DNA of 64,000 bases from Eledone cirrhosa. Lineage: Eukaryota. The DNA is taken from NCBI GenBank assembly GCA_964016885.1, contig OZ024746.1, positions 11,966,001-12,030,000 on the forward strand. Direction: 5' to 3'. This document shows, piece after piece, positions 35,451 to 49,059 of this stretch (within the stretch, counting starts at the first letter, position 1; every line of letters begins with the position of its first letter). Made by a program: the position numbers and the translations under genes. Below the pieces are notes generated by a model. It did no database searches and was not told where the DNA came from. It was given only the letters and a program-made list of their open reading frames with translations.

Positions 35451-36969
35451 TCGACACATATAGATACATACACACACATAGACGCATGGACAATATATGC
35501 TTCTGCCAAGTAAAAACTGTTGGCATTCATGAGACGGGCCGAGACATCCCCAGTATCGCATGCTAATACAAGGTCAAGTACACACTCGCCATAAAGAAAG
35601 CCTGACCCCCTAACACAGAAGAGATAGTGGTGCAACGAAACCACAGCTGGTTTTGGGAATTTCCAATGAATGGAGGAAACTCAGTTGGTAAGAGAAATAC
35701 TGTAGCCAAATGTCTCTAAGAAATCAAGGTAGAACCCTATATAAGATGCTAAGCTGTGTGGACTAAACGTAACATAAAGGTGTTGGACATCCTTCAGAAC
35801 CCTCTGATGAACCTCAGCAGCTGAGTGCAGGAAATGTTAGAGAATATTGATTGGCTTATTGATACTCTTCACGCGACTCATGACATTTCATATGGACTGT
35901 CATCAACTATCGAAGGTGAGGCGACGATGGTGATGACACATGTATTTACTTACACATATACACACACATATATACATACATACAGATATATACATACATG
36001 CACACATACGAAAAAAATCGTACCAAAGAACAACACAATACAATAATTGTATTTTACTATAATGCTTAAAAGAATTTTGAAAAGAGCTTTACTGTTTTTG
36101 GCCTTACACAGGTTTTAGGGAAGTTTCTGCTGCTGGATATCCTTTCTAACACCAACCACTTTACCAGGTGTATTGAGTGCATTTTATCATGTCACTAGCA
36201 CTAGAGGTTCCATGTCTTTGATGTCACTGAAGAGTTCTCTCCTACATTGTTACTGTGGTCATACTTTACAGAGTGTATTGCACCAGCCGTAGAGATTGCC
36301 TTGTCTGATACAACACTGAAGAAATATCTCTATTTCACATAGTCTCTTTTCTTTCAAGGCAAATGTGACCTAGAGTTTGAATAGATGGGGGAATGATGTT
36401 GAATGAAGAGAGAGTATGAATATGTGAGATAGGAGAAACTGTGATAGGACGGTAAGGAATAGCATGTGGTAGCTCTGTGTTGGTTGTTGGTAGGAGTTGA
36501 ATAGATAACAGCATAAGCAACACGATGTGATAGTAATAAAAATAAGTTGATATTAAGGAATAATAAGGATGGTTGATAGTGTGAGTGGTGGATGTCAACT
36601 AAGGGGCACATGGTAGGGAAAAAATAGAGGATGATAGTGATAGCTGGGGTACTGAATATGGACACATTGGATGATGTCCTTCATTACATAGCAATGAGAA
36701 TGGTAGAGGGATTGAAAACTATCAGATCAAATGCCACCCCCATATTACATAGTGGTGTGGTACAAGGAATAGGATAGAAGATAAGGAATTAGAAAATAGA
36801 CAGATCTTGACATGAGTATACTATACGTAAAACCTACCAGCATTTGCCTTTCATCCTTATGGGGTCGATAAAATAAAGTACCAGTAATACACTGGGGTAA
36901 TAGCTGGCCTTGTGCCAAAAGTAGAAACAATTATTTTAATGATCATTTTGCCTTCTTTGTACTAGTAGG

Positions 36970-38690
36970 CAAGTTTTATTTCGCACTGTATATCACCAAT
37001 CACTTCAGTCCATTGCAAGGTTCAGCTTCTTGAGGTCAGTTTTCACCACTTTGTCCTATGTTTTCCTAGGTCTCTCTCTTCTATAGGTTCCATGCACTTT
37101 GTTCAGCACGTCTTCAAACAGCTGACATCCTCCATATGCACCACATGCCCATACTAATGCAGTCCCTCTTGCACAATATATTTGATTTCTTTTAATCTCA
37201 GCTCATTTCTGCATGCGAACATTACACAACCAATAGAACATGCTCACCCACCACATTTGCTTCCAGCTGTCACATCTTCTCATTCAATACCCATGTCTTG
37301 CTACTGTGCAGCATCATACAATCAGTCCTTCACTCCGAGAGAACATTTTTGTTACCAGCATAAGTAACAAATTCCTGAAAAAAAAAACGTTCACTCCATT
37401 TTTATTCTGGCTACTCTGTTTTTGGTACACCTACCTCTAGTGGCAGATCAAGATGTGATTGTGGCTGATTGGACTGCAGCCAGAGACCCCATGCAAGCTT
37501 CATCCAGCTCTACTTACCCCCCATTTCTACTTACCCCCCATTTCTAATTAGGTCACTTAAATAACAAAACCTGTCAACCGCTTTCAGTGGCCTTCCAAGC
37601 ATTTGAGAGCGTTTCTTATATACACTGACTAACTACTCCTGTGTAATCTGCTACATAAGACGTCTACCATCTCTGTTAGTTTACCTGTAATCTCACTACA
37701 CCTCTTGTGCCTATATAGTTTAGACTGGAATTTCTACCTACTGAATTTCTGCATATTGAGCACAGCTATTTCCCTGATGGTTGCAAAGCCTTATCTTGTT
37801 TTCTGTTTACTAAAACATTGGTCATTGTTAACTTTACTTTGAGGTCTTCCAATTTTAGGTTTTGCTTCTAAGACTGGTATTTCTCTCTAAATTTTCTACA
37901 GATTTGGCTATAAGAACTAGGTCATCAGCATACAGGAGTTTCCATGGACAGCTGGTTTTAAACTCGTCTTTTATAGTCTGGAGGGCTGTAATGAATACGG
38001 TGCAACTAAGAACTGAGTCCTACATGCAGGCTAAACTTTTCACTGAAATCATTTCTAGTTCTCACCTTACCGACTATACTTCTATACAAGGTTTATACAG
38101 CTGTGACAAAACTCACCATGTAGCAATTGACAATGATACTGCTACACCAGCCATGTGTATGACAAAAAACTATGTGAATGACAAAAAACCCCCAAAAGCG
38201 AAGTTCATCAGATTTTTATGCATCAGTGATTATTCCTCATGTACCAGCTGTCTTCTCGATTGTCTCATTCTTAATTCTGCTTAAGACCATACTGCAGTTA
38301 AATTTAATGGTTGGTCTCTCTATCCCCTGTGCACTCTCCACACACAACAGCCCCTAATAAAAGCATGTATCTGCCTCTTTTCAACATCAGTAAAAAAACA
38401 TGTGCTATTATCATCCCTTTCTTCACAGTGATATCTTGATTCTCTCTAGTACACTGCCTTAATCCAGAACAATCTATGCCTCAGATTCTCTTGTCGCAGA
38501 ACATGTCCAAAATTTTTTTCCCTGCCTGTCTCCTTGCTAGGTACACCTGCCATCTAGTATCTCTTCTTGTTACTTGATAGTGTTTTCTGTCGTCACATAT
38601 CCTTGCTTTTATAGTTTTAGCCTATGTTTCACTGCCATATCACATTCCATCTAGCTGAGGTAGCTGTGACATGATCACAGCTTCAATTAT
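36970..38690 (-). mobile_element. Decayed RTE LINE (related to 1-1568)
   Basis: tcatcagcatacaggagtttccatggacagctgg at ~37922 is the reverse of SCPWxLLYADD. Remnants of RLxWYGHV and GRPRKT lie near 37050-37170. Confidence 0.7.
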
Positions 38691-38799
38691 CCATAGCAAG
38701 ACTTACGTATGTTTATTACACATGAACATATTGTACATCTCTTTTATATACACCTCTAGAATGTGTCACGTTATCTTAGTGCTACTGTTTATATATATT

Positions 38800-38975
38800 T
38801 GATACGATCAACAGAACACCCTGACGGGAAATTAACGTGCAAGTGGCTGAGCATTCCACAAACACGCGAACCCTTAACGCAGTTCTCAGGGAGATTCAGC
38901 GTGATACATAATGTGACAAGGCTGGCCCTTTCGAATTACAGGCACAATTCATTTTTACCAGCTGAGTGAACTGAC
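38800..38975 (-). mobile_element. Partial SINE, family C (3' part)
   Basis: Reverse-complement similarity to 55330-55450 (aaaaatga...ctgtaatt...gccttgtca...gccacttgca). Confidence 0.55.
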
Positions 38976-39061
38976 ATATGTGCATACAAAATGCTATCAT
39001 TTTACGTGTTTTCTATGCTGGCATTAGTTAGGCATCATTCTTTCTACAAAAAGAAAACAAT

Positions 39062-39495
39062 ATAATTATTTCTACTTTTGGTACTAGGCCAGCAATTATC
39101 CAGTGTATTACTGGTACTTTATTTTATCGACCCCGTAAGGATGAAAGGCAAAGTTAACCTTGGCAGGATTTGAACTCAGACCGAACAATATAATATTACC
39201 TGGACATCTGTATGTACTACTAACATTGTGTTAGTCAAATCTACACCAGAATCCGTCTTAGTGGATATAGAATTTAATTAATGTTTTTTGATTTAAGTAC
39301 AAGGCCAACACTTTTGGGGGAGGGAGAAAATCGATTAAATCAGCTTCAGTGTTTTTACTGGTATTTTATTTTATCGACCCCGTAAGGATGAAAGGTACAG
39401 TTAACGTCGGCGGGATTTGAACTCAGAACATAAAGGACCGTAACTCTATGCCACAAAGCATGTTATCCGACGCGTTACCGATACTGCCAATAAAG
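39062..39495 (-). mobile_element. Two family-A SINE copies
   Basis: ttttatcgaccccgtaaggatgaaagg...ggatttgaactcaga occurs twice. Confidence 0.8.
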
Positions 39496-39886
39496 TTAAT
39501 AATAATCAATTTCCCCACCTTTTCAATATTTCGTTCATGTTCACTACAAATGTTTGATATTCCTTTTTTAAATCACTACACCATAAATATACACACTAGC
39601 TTATTGAACTGCTGTTTTGTTATAATTTGGGGTCACAAATTATTAACGTTAAGACTTAATTAAATGTCCGATGTAATTCGTATGTCACCGGTCACGTAGA
39701 TACTACCTTCTGCTGAAGGAAAGAAATAATCGATTACTTACTAGCTTTGTTTACCATATCTTTATTTTGTGACTTGTCCTAACACCAAGTACTTAAATGG
39801 ATGTTGCTCTCATTTTACTGAGCGTAGGGGGTTTGTTGAGAGAGAGAGAGACTGTTGCATTGATAACGTCGAGCGAGTGCTTAGGG

Positions 39887-40051
39887 CAAGCATGGGCAAC
39901 GTTTTCGAGCAGTGGGCTGCATAGGATGTCTCATCATAAGGCGGACCTCACTACTAAAACATTCAAGCTAGTTTTGAAATTAGGTGTGTCATTCAGAAGG
40001 CCAAATAGGTTGCATACATGAGGCCTGCGAACCGCAATGTACCCATGGCTG
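39887..40051. mobile_element. hAT-type MITE
   Basis: TIRs caagcatgggcaac and tgtacccatggctg; 8-bp TSD gcttaggg / gtttaggg. Confidence 0.7.
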
Positions 40052-40285
40052 GTTTAGGGAGTTGTTTCGCACGGGACTTGAGACGAAGTCGGTTGATTTG
40101 ATTGCTTTTCTAAGTAACCAATTACACAGATAATTTGGCGAAATAAAAAGAATAAAATGATTGATTTCTTATGACCGAAGGAAGAACGAACAAGATGTTA
40201 TTTTTATAAAATTCAATTTAGATCTAATTATATCATTTCCCTCTCGACACAAGTAATAATTATCTAATATATATACATAGATATT

Positions 40286-40498
40286 TAATTCTTAACATCC
40301 TGTAATGGTGTAGCAGAAAATATCTAAAAACACGCTTATCTATTCAAATGTTTACATATTTTACTTGTTAGTGAAGAGATCGTTGTTTGTAGTATTAGTT
40401 AAAACCTCAATTCTTAATGTGATATAGTCAGTGCTGTTTTTTTTAATTTTTCAAGATTGTCCTGCTAATTTCATGTGGTACAGGACGTTAAGAGTTAA
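40286..40498. mobile_element. TTAA-flanked MITE (piggyBac-type target); second copy at ~50575-50777
   Basis: ttaa-ttcttaacatcctgta ... tacaggacgttaagag-ttaa. The internal tagcagaaaatatctaaaa is shared with the 50600 copy. Confidence 0.6.
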
Positions 40499-42477
40499 GC
40501 CTTTGTGTACGTCCATTTCTCCTCATGTGACAACCTTTTATTCCTCCTCTTCTGTATGTTTTTTACCTATTCTCTTTCTATTGCTATGTGTTATTATTTT
40601 TATATCTCTTTCCCGAGCAACGCCGGGTATTACTGCTAATTACTAATATCTTTATCAATATCAGCGATGTGATGTTTGAAAGAAGGAAGAATATTGAAAA
40701 ATGTAATCCTAGAAATACAAATACAGAAAAATGAGATGGTCATGCTTAGAACGCTTTTAATAATCCTTCTGATTGGAGAGTCTAGACAACAGCAATTATA
40801 ATTATCTATAATTTTCTTAGCCACAACTTTTCAATTTTTAACCATGTCTAAAAACATTCAACACAATAAAACAAAAAATGGAAAAACCGAGCTATTAGTT
40901 TTTCTGTTTAAATTGTATTCACGTAATTGGTATTTCCGCTTCACACTATTGAAATAGTCCACAGTTTAGTAAGCTGATATTGACCATATCATTGTGGATG
41001 ACTGGTGAGAGAAAGCAAGAGACAGTGTGTGCGATTCTGTGTGTGTATGTAGCACTATTGTTGTATGTAGTTATTTGTGTATGTGTGATCATGCACAACA
41101 TTTCATTAATCTATGTTTAGTTGAAAGGGTTTGCGTCCACGCTACACATACACTCTCACGAAGTATACCTCCATACTTCAACATACCACTTTTTCTTTCT
41201 TTCTGTTTAGTGTTGTTGTTGTTCATATTGTTACCATAACAAAGGCGGAGGAATGTCAGATTCTTTACCTTGTCGTTTCGTATCAACCCGAACTTTAAAC
41301 TGATACCAACTTTACCTCCGGGAATAGATGTAATCGACTGTTCCCTTATGGTTGGCCTTGTGCCTAAGATAGAAAGTACATATTGTTTCCATAACAGTTT
41401 ATTAACCAAAACTAATTATATAATCAGTAATAGTTCTTTTTACCTGTACTGCACCTGTAGATAAGTATTACTGTAATTTTGATTGTTGTAGTTATTGTTA
41501 CTTAAATTCCTGTCACCTCTGATTGAAACATTTATTATCAAAAGCGCTCCACCTCTGCCCGATCCATCCTTAGTGTTATTTTGTTATTTTAAGTTTATCA
41601 CAAGACCAAATTTATCGGAACGAGGATCAGTTGAATTTATACTGCTATATTACAAACGTGCTGACCGTAGTGGAGCACCAGATAAACTTTTTCGCAACCA
41701 TATTTCTAATGAAATACACTCTATTTCAATTAATTAAAGAAAAAATTATGAAGATTTAGTAAAATTATTATTTTATTACTAAGATAGTATCTGAACATAT
41801 GCTTTTTATATAGAATTATGTTGAGAGGTTTCAATTTAAATAGGAACCCTTTCAAATGGGTAGTTTTGTTTCATAGAATCAGAGCTGGTTTTTGTTAGAT
41901 TGGCTTTAGTTCTGAGTTCAAATCCCACCGAGGTTAGCTTTGCCTTTCATCCTTTTGGGGTCGATAATATTAAGTACCAGTAATGCATTGTTGTCGATTT
42001 AATCGCCCCCCCCCCCCATCATTATGAGTATAATTCTAAAATATTTATGTAATTAACCCAATTTGCATGACAGATATACACTTATCAACAAAACTGTTTT
42101 CTTAGATTATGAAGAAAGACAGAGAAGATTCTGTTTATGCAAGAGCAGAAAAAAATTCCTTAGTGAAAATGAAAATCTTTCTCTGTCTATCTCTATATTT
42201 GATACAAAGCCAGTTAGGAGTGGAATTGATTGGATCAACTCTCAATACATTATTGATACTTCGTTAATCATAGCAGCATTTGGAATCTGGCATTTCTACA
42301 TTTTTTAATTCAAGTCTCATTAAGGTTGGTTTTTGTTTTGGGTTTTGTAAAATAACTACCAGTAATATTCTTGGTATAATATTAATTAAATACACTTCTT
42401 GGTCTATAAAATATTCTTTTGATTAATGAAAAGAAATTTGTTCAATTGACTCTCAGAAGGATGAACTGCACTGTTTC

Positions 42478-42890
42478 AGGCATGGCTGTGTAGTTAAGAA
42501 GTTCATTTTGAAACCATGTGGTTTGGGGTTCAATCCCACTGAATAGCACTTTGGGGCAAGTATTTTATTCTAGCCCCAGGCTGATTGATGCCTTGTGAAG
42601 GGATTTAGTAGATAGAAACTGTAAGGACTCCAGTCATATATATGTGTGTGTGTGTATATATATAATGTGTATATATGTATCTATATATAATGTGTATGTG
42701 TGCATGTCTTTGTATTTACTTCCAGACAGTGATGTCTATGTCCCACATAGACAATATTCTCTGCTGCTCAGTAGTTTAATGTGAAGATTGGTAGCTTACT
42801 TTAAAAAGTAGTTGGCATCATAGAATATTGCCTCAAAAAGGTCTTGTCCAACCTGTGCCAACATGGAAAGATTGATATATAAATGATAAC
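42478..42890 (+). mobile_element. CORE-like tRNA SINE, decayed
   Basis: ggcatggctgtgtagttaagaag...gggttcaatcccactg...ttggggcaagt...ccttgtgaagggatttagtagatagaaact, with an RTE-like tail remnant. Confidence 0.6.
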
Positions 42891-44739
42891 CCTTGTGGAA
42901 TTTCAATTTGAAACATAAATGGATTAAACATTTATTGTACAGAATTTAATTCAGGCACTTTACAATTTCTATAAACTTATCCTGTTCATGATATATTATT
43001 AATTTTTTTTCTGACATTGGTACCCTCTCTGTTATATTTTGGGAGAGCTGGGGTCCATCTAATCAAGTATTCCCTCTCTTCTGTGTTGACTTATGCTATT
43101 GTTAGAACCCTCCCCACAAGAATTCCTGTATGGCTTGTTCTGGAAGTAATGTTTTTATACATGTATAAGTTGTGCTTTTTGCCACAAATATGACGTCTGA
43201 AACCAGCATGTGACTTGACTGTTAGAACTACTCCAATTTAATATATATGGTACTCTGTAAATATTGTATGTAAAATGGAGGTACAAGTTATCTGTTGGTC
43301 TCAGACATGAGTGTATAAATTTGACTTAATCTAAAGGATTTAATTTACCTCAGTAAGATTGTCCTGTGTATAACTTTAACTGGCACTACTCTCAGGTTCT
43401 AACCTGGAACATTAGTGCCAGAAAAGGTTGCAGAGCAAACTGAATTACTAAAACACCATGACCCAGTATAAGTCCCAATGGTCCAGAATATATTATGCAA
43501 ATGGGCATGTAACTTGTGAACAGGTGTTATACAATGAATATGAGGTGGATGAGCCAATGGTAGGTACATTATATAACTGGGAATAAGGTTTCATTAGTAT
43601 AGAAACAACTTTCTAAGACAAGTTGATAAAAATATCAGATTGACAAAGCTAGTGTGACAGTGTTAATTGGGCAGTTGTATAAGCCAAATCCTTTAATAAA
43701 TGTTTTAAACTTTTCAGTAAAGTGGAAGTTCATAAAAGGGACTTGAAGAGGAATATGTCCAACAGTGGACTGCTGTTGTTTGGTATATATAAGTGAAATA
43801 ACTTCATTACCTCTATTGTTCATGTGTGACCTTGATACAAGAAATATTTCAATGTGTGGGTAATATGTATCTTTCTAATATCTTCTGGCTACTGATGATT
43901 GGTTATTGAGTTTTCAATTTTCATTTGCCCTAAATTTAGTTCATGTAAGCCTGTTAATACTGTAAAAAGTGTCACATTTCTTTCATCTAACATTTTATAG
44001 CTTTAGTATTTGAAGTTTTTTTTCATGCCTTGTGTGTCTACTTGTACAGCCTTCATCAAATCATACTATTGTGGAAGTATTTTCACAGCTGGCTGCTCTT
44101 CATGTAACATTCAATCACATTCCATTCATTGTTTTATAGTATATTCTCTGTACTATTAAAACCAGTGATGTTATTTGTCAATTGGCAGTTAAAAACAGGT
44201 TTTAGAGTCTATATTTCTTTACTTCAGGCTATTATCTATTTGCGTTTAAAGTGATTTATATTTTTCTCTTCTCTCTCTCTCTCTCTCTCTCTCCCTCTCT
44301 TATTGTTTACATTAAAGCTTTTTAATATTCTAACCTCTATAGTTTCTATCAGGTTGTTAGAACCAGTACTATGTTGTTACAGTCAGCACTACACCTCTAC
44401 AGCCCCCAGTCTATTTTGATAATTAGCGTCACACTTTATAGCTACCACTGTGACACTACATTGCACCTACAGCTATTAGATACCTACTACTATGACTTAA
44501 CAATTCTGGTGCCAGTTAAGAGTAATAAAGAGTGTAACTTCATGTTATTGTTGTTTCATCCTAGATCAACCCTGACATATGATGGTGTGACTCTTTTGAA
44601 AATAGTCAATAAACACAATGCCTTTTAAATCCCCCCAAAACTGAGACCCTCACCTTCCTTGTAGATGAAATGATATTGGCCTTCTTTGGAGCAAACGAGG
44701 AAGAATGGATTGTCTATTTGTCCCTGGCTCAAGGTGATA

Positions 44740-45363
44740 AACCCAACATTTAACTTAGGTTAGGAAATGTTTAAGGAAACCAGCTGGATCTGCCTCAAAC
44801 TATGTCAGATTTTCCAGTGATGTGATCAACCTGGTGCGCTTTTGATCAGGTGTCAGAAGATGTGGCACCCACTGAGCAGAAACATTCACTGGGCAGAATA
44901 TTTTCAACTCTTTCAGGGGATATGCTAATAGCATTGGCTATTAGATTTATAGTCAATTGCTTGTCATCCATCAACATGTGGTGAACACGATCAATGTTTT
45001 CCTTGGTGGTGGCAGTTGCAGGATATCCAGACCTTGGGTCATCCTCAAGACTCTCCCTTCCCCTCCTAAATTCAGCTGCCCACTTTTGCACTATTGATAA
45101 CCATGTCAGCATAATTATCCTTGGGGGCTAAACCCTTTTTCTGGAGGTATTTAATAACACCATGATGCCACATTTTATCCATTTTCAAGAGAACTTATTA
45201 CTAATTACTGTTGAAGTCTTCTTTGAACAGTCATATGTTAGTTTACCTGGAAAGAAACAATATGGTTATTGATAAGAAGAGTTGACATAAATGCATGCAA
45301 TATTTCATGACTCTAACATCACTCCTTCATAGTCAGCCTATGAACTATTTAGCCTACCCTCGT
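44740..45363 (-). mobile_element. Mariner transposon 5' half, decayed
   Basis: TIR (ta)cgagggtaggctaaatagttcataggctgac at ~45330-45363. Transposase remnants MDK...[30 protein letters not shown], and [11 protein letters not shown] in an adjacent frame. Confidence 0.85.
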
Positions 45364-47668
45364 AGATCATATGTTATATATGTTGAAAGGGATCCATCAT
45401 AATATCATATGTTCATGTTTTGCATGCCTTAGACAGGTTGTCACATTATGAGAGAATTCAGGTCAAGTAACCATGTCTTGCTCATACAGATCTGTATTTT
45501 GGCTTGATTTCTACAGCAGGATACTCTTCCTAACACCAACTACGTTACATTGTGGACTGGGTGTTTTTTATCATGGCTCCTAAAGAATCATCTAACAGTG
45601 TGGACTGGGTACTTTTTTCTCATGTCACCAACATAACCACCTTGCAGAGTGGACTGAGTGCTTCTTTCATGTCACCAACACAACCATCTTACAGAGTGGA
45701 CTGGATGCTTTGTGGTTGTAGTACCAGATCACCATAGGACTTTGTGTTATTTTTACAATATGTTTATATATTTTTTTAAATGCGTATGTAGACTTAAAAA
45801 CTGTAGGAAAGAGGATTTTAAAATTGAGGACAGAGTGGAAATTTGACCAGCACTTAACTTTTGGAATTCTATTTTATTTAGTCTTTATGTCTGCAGCCGA
45901 ATTCATTAAAATATAAACATCCTATTTTAAATTAGCTCCTAAATTAATTTATAAAACTTTAATTTAATAAATTGCTTTCATTTTGATATCTCTCTGAACA
46001 CAGCCCCCATGTCCCAGTATCCCAGTTTTAATTCCCAGTCAACAGATCTAGATAAATTATCTGTAGATCCTTTGACCTCATGACATTATCTCTATCATCA
46101 CAAACTCATAATCTACATGCATGTAAACACACACACACATCATGCACATAATCATACATTGATTCAAACACACATACACACTGACACAAATTCTTTTAAT
46201 CTTCTAGTTTGACCTTCATTTTAACCATTACCATCACCAAACCAACTTCAAAACCCCTGTTAAAACATAATAATGATTCTTTATTTGGGCACTAAGCCAC
46301 GCATTTGTAGGCTTCGGTAGGGAGAGAGAGAGATGGGGGGTGGGGCAGGGAGTGGGGTGAATTAATTCTGGTTTCATTAAGACTTTCCAGTTCTTTACCA
46401 TTTCTGCCACTGCACCAATGTTACGTTAGTAACAAGTAATATTGACATAAAATATTTCCTTTTTTTATGAACTGTTTTACACCCATTTGCTATGTATCAT
46501 GAGCAGGATCAATTTTGTTTCCATGTCTAGGCATTTGATTATTATTTGAGCAAAGAATTTTGTGGAAGAGAAATGGCTAATTTAAAATGGCATTAAGATA
46601 ATAGCTAATAGATAGGTCTTAAGCTAAAGAACTATGAACTGTAAACATTAAACTACTGTAAGCAGTAGTTTTGCAAGCTTTGTAGTGTTTGAGGACTATG
46701 CCTCCACTATCCTACCAGGAATAAGTGGGTGAAGAAAAAGCAGTAGTTTTGATTCTATGTATCAACGTAACTGCTGGGTGTATGTACTGGATTCATATGG
46801 GCTTATTAACCTGTACTAGAACAGACATCCTCCGACAGAGGAGAAAGATCTTTCTTCTTGCACATGACATTTTTATAAAGTTGGTATGAATGATATAAGA
46901 TTGTGGGTGGATAAATGACTCAACTGGTTGGTCAGTAATATATTTATCTCCCTGAACTTAAGTTAACAGGGGTTGGATATAATCAAATAGTTCAACCTCC
47001 AGCTCTTGATTGCTGCTTATTTTATTTAGTATATATAGGAGGAAAAGCAAAACTGATCATGGCATGATTTGAACTCAGGATGCTAAGGGATGGTACTAAA
47101 TATCAAAGGCGTTTTGTTTGGTTCTACTAATTCTGTTCTCCATCAACCTTAATAATAATAATAATGACAAATTTATTATGTTGTACATGTTTTAATTGTG
47201 TTCTCTTGTCTGTTCCTTTCATCAATTTTATCGATAAAAAAAAAATGAGACAAAAAACAAATTGCTGATGCACAAAATTACTTTGTTGTCTTGCAAGTTT
47301 ACATTCCTAATGAACAGTGTGTTAATCAAATTTGCATCCACCGCCCTCTTATTATCAAAATAATGATTTCTTTTGACTTGTCACAAAGCCAATTCTATGT
47401 TTGGTTAGGGGAAGGTATAGCCAATTGAATTGACCCCCTTCCACCCAGTATGTTATTTCTACGTATTTTATCGACCTTGTATTAGGATGAAAGGCAAAAA
47501 TAGCTCCTCATTCTCCTCAATGAAATTTCAATTCAGAACTAATTCACCAACCATAGTGTGTCTGTATTTTGAGAAAATATCTTCAATATTTTTTATATAA
47601 ATGTGGGTGTATGTGTGGGTGTTTTTATATCAGAACATATTTTGACTTTGAGCATATATGTACATTAA

Positions 47669-48213
47669 CCCTTTTGTTACTATATTTCTAATGAAAGATA
47701 TTACCTATGATTTTCAAATCATTTTGAAAATAAGCAAGAATTTGGAGGGATTTAGTAATATAATTTTATCATCATTAACCTGTTCATAACTGTATTTCTA
47801 ATGAAATATACTCTATTTTAATTAGTTAATGAAAAATTTTGAGGGATTTACTAAAATTATTATTTATTTCATTACTAAGATAGTAACTTAATATAAGGTC
47901 ATTATATAAAATTGTTAGATTTTAATTTAACCCTTTAGCATTTAAACTGGCCATATACGGCCAGAATTCTCTCACCTCTTTCTGTTCAAACCGGTCGTAA
48001 CCGACTACTCATACTGATGTTAACGTATTGTTTTCAAAATAAATATCAAAATCTCGTAGATTCGATATTATGTGAGATAAAGCCTTTACCATGAAATAAA
48101 ATAGTAAATGTAGAGAAATGTGAATGCTAAAGGGTTAAATTGGAAACCTTTAAAAAGAATGGTTTTATTTCATAGAACCAGATCTGGTTTTAGCCGGGAT
48201 GGTAACTAAAGGG
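47669..48213. mobile_element. TTAA-flanked MITE containing a nested second TTAA MITE (47931-48134)
   Basis: Outer element ttaa-cccttttgttac...gtaactaaaggg-ttaa; inner element ttaa-ccctttagcatt...aatgctaaaggg-ttaa. The empty site is visible in the copy at ~55905. Confidence 0.85.
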
Positions 48214-48699
48214 TTAAACTGTTTTTTGAAAAGAATTTAACACAAGTTCTTATATAACATTATGATGGAAAGGTGTTTATTTTTTTAGATAAATAAAAAA
48301 ACACTTTAAAACAAACATCTTTGTATTATAAAATCAAAGGCAATCTGTTATTAAAAAAGGGTTAAGCAAAAATTACTCTTTATTTCCCTAGTATAGTAAA
48401 AGTGATTATTTTATTGATTTGGGAGGCATTAAACTTTAGATACTGAAATGGCTATCATCATCATCACCACCACCACCACCACCATCATGTTTTAGGCTGT
48501 TACATACTAAGGTTAGACAGGTCAGGTGACTACATCTAACTTATGTGTTCTGTTTTTCGCTGTCTTTCTATAGCCGGATGTCCTTCTTTATGCTGATCAC
48601 TTTACGTCTACTGGGAGCATTTTATTATGACTCTGACACTACCACCTTATAGGGAGGGTGGACTGGCGGCTTCTTATTATGGCACCAGCTCTACCACCT

Positions 48700-48885
48700 T
48701 GTGGATTGGGAGTATCGGTAGAGGGTCGGATGCCATGCTTTCCAGCATAGTTATGTCCCTTTATGATCTGAGTTCAAATCCCACCGAGGTTAACTTTGCC
48801 TTTTATCCTTACAGGGTCGATAAAATAAAGTACCAGTAATGCACTGGGATAATTGCTGGCCTTGTCAAAAGTAGAAACAATTATT
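48700..48885 (+). mobile_element. Family-A SINE, full length
   Basis: gtggattgggagtatcgg...gagttcaaatcccaccgagg...gcctttt...aaagtagaaacaattatt. Confidence 0.8.
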
Positions 48886-49059
48886 ATCCTCATCATTTTT
48901 ATATTGACTTTTCCATGCTGGCATGGGTTGGACAAGCTTTTTGAGGCAATCGGGGGTCCTTTCTGACACTAACACTTTTAGTCATTTCTTACGATACACA
49001 GGGATATGGTGTACCTATTCTAAATTGGTTGTAGATAAAGTATACTCACATATACCCAT

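Noticed and set aside
43000-43600. QVLTWNIS motif suggesting a LINE APE N-terminus
   Set aside because: Only one short motif in heavily decayed sequence, too weak to annotate without a search.
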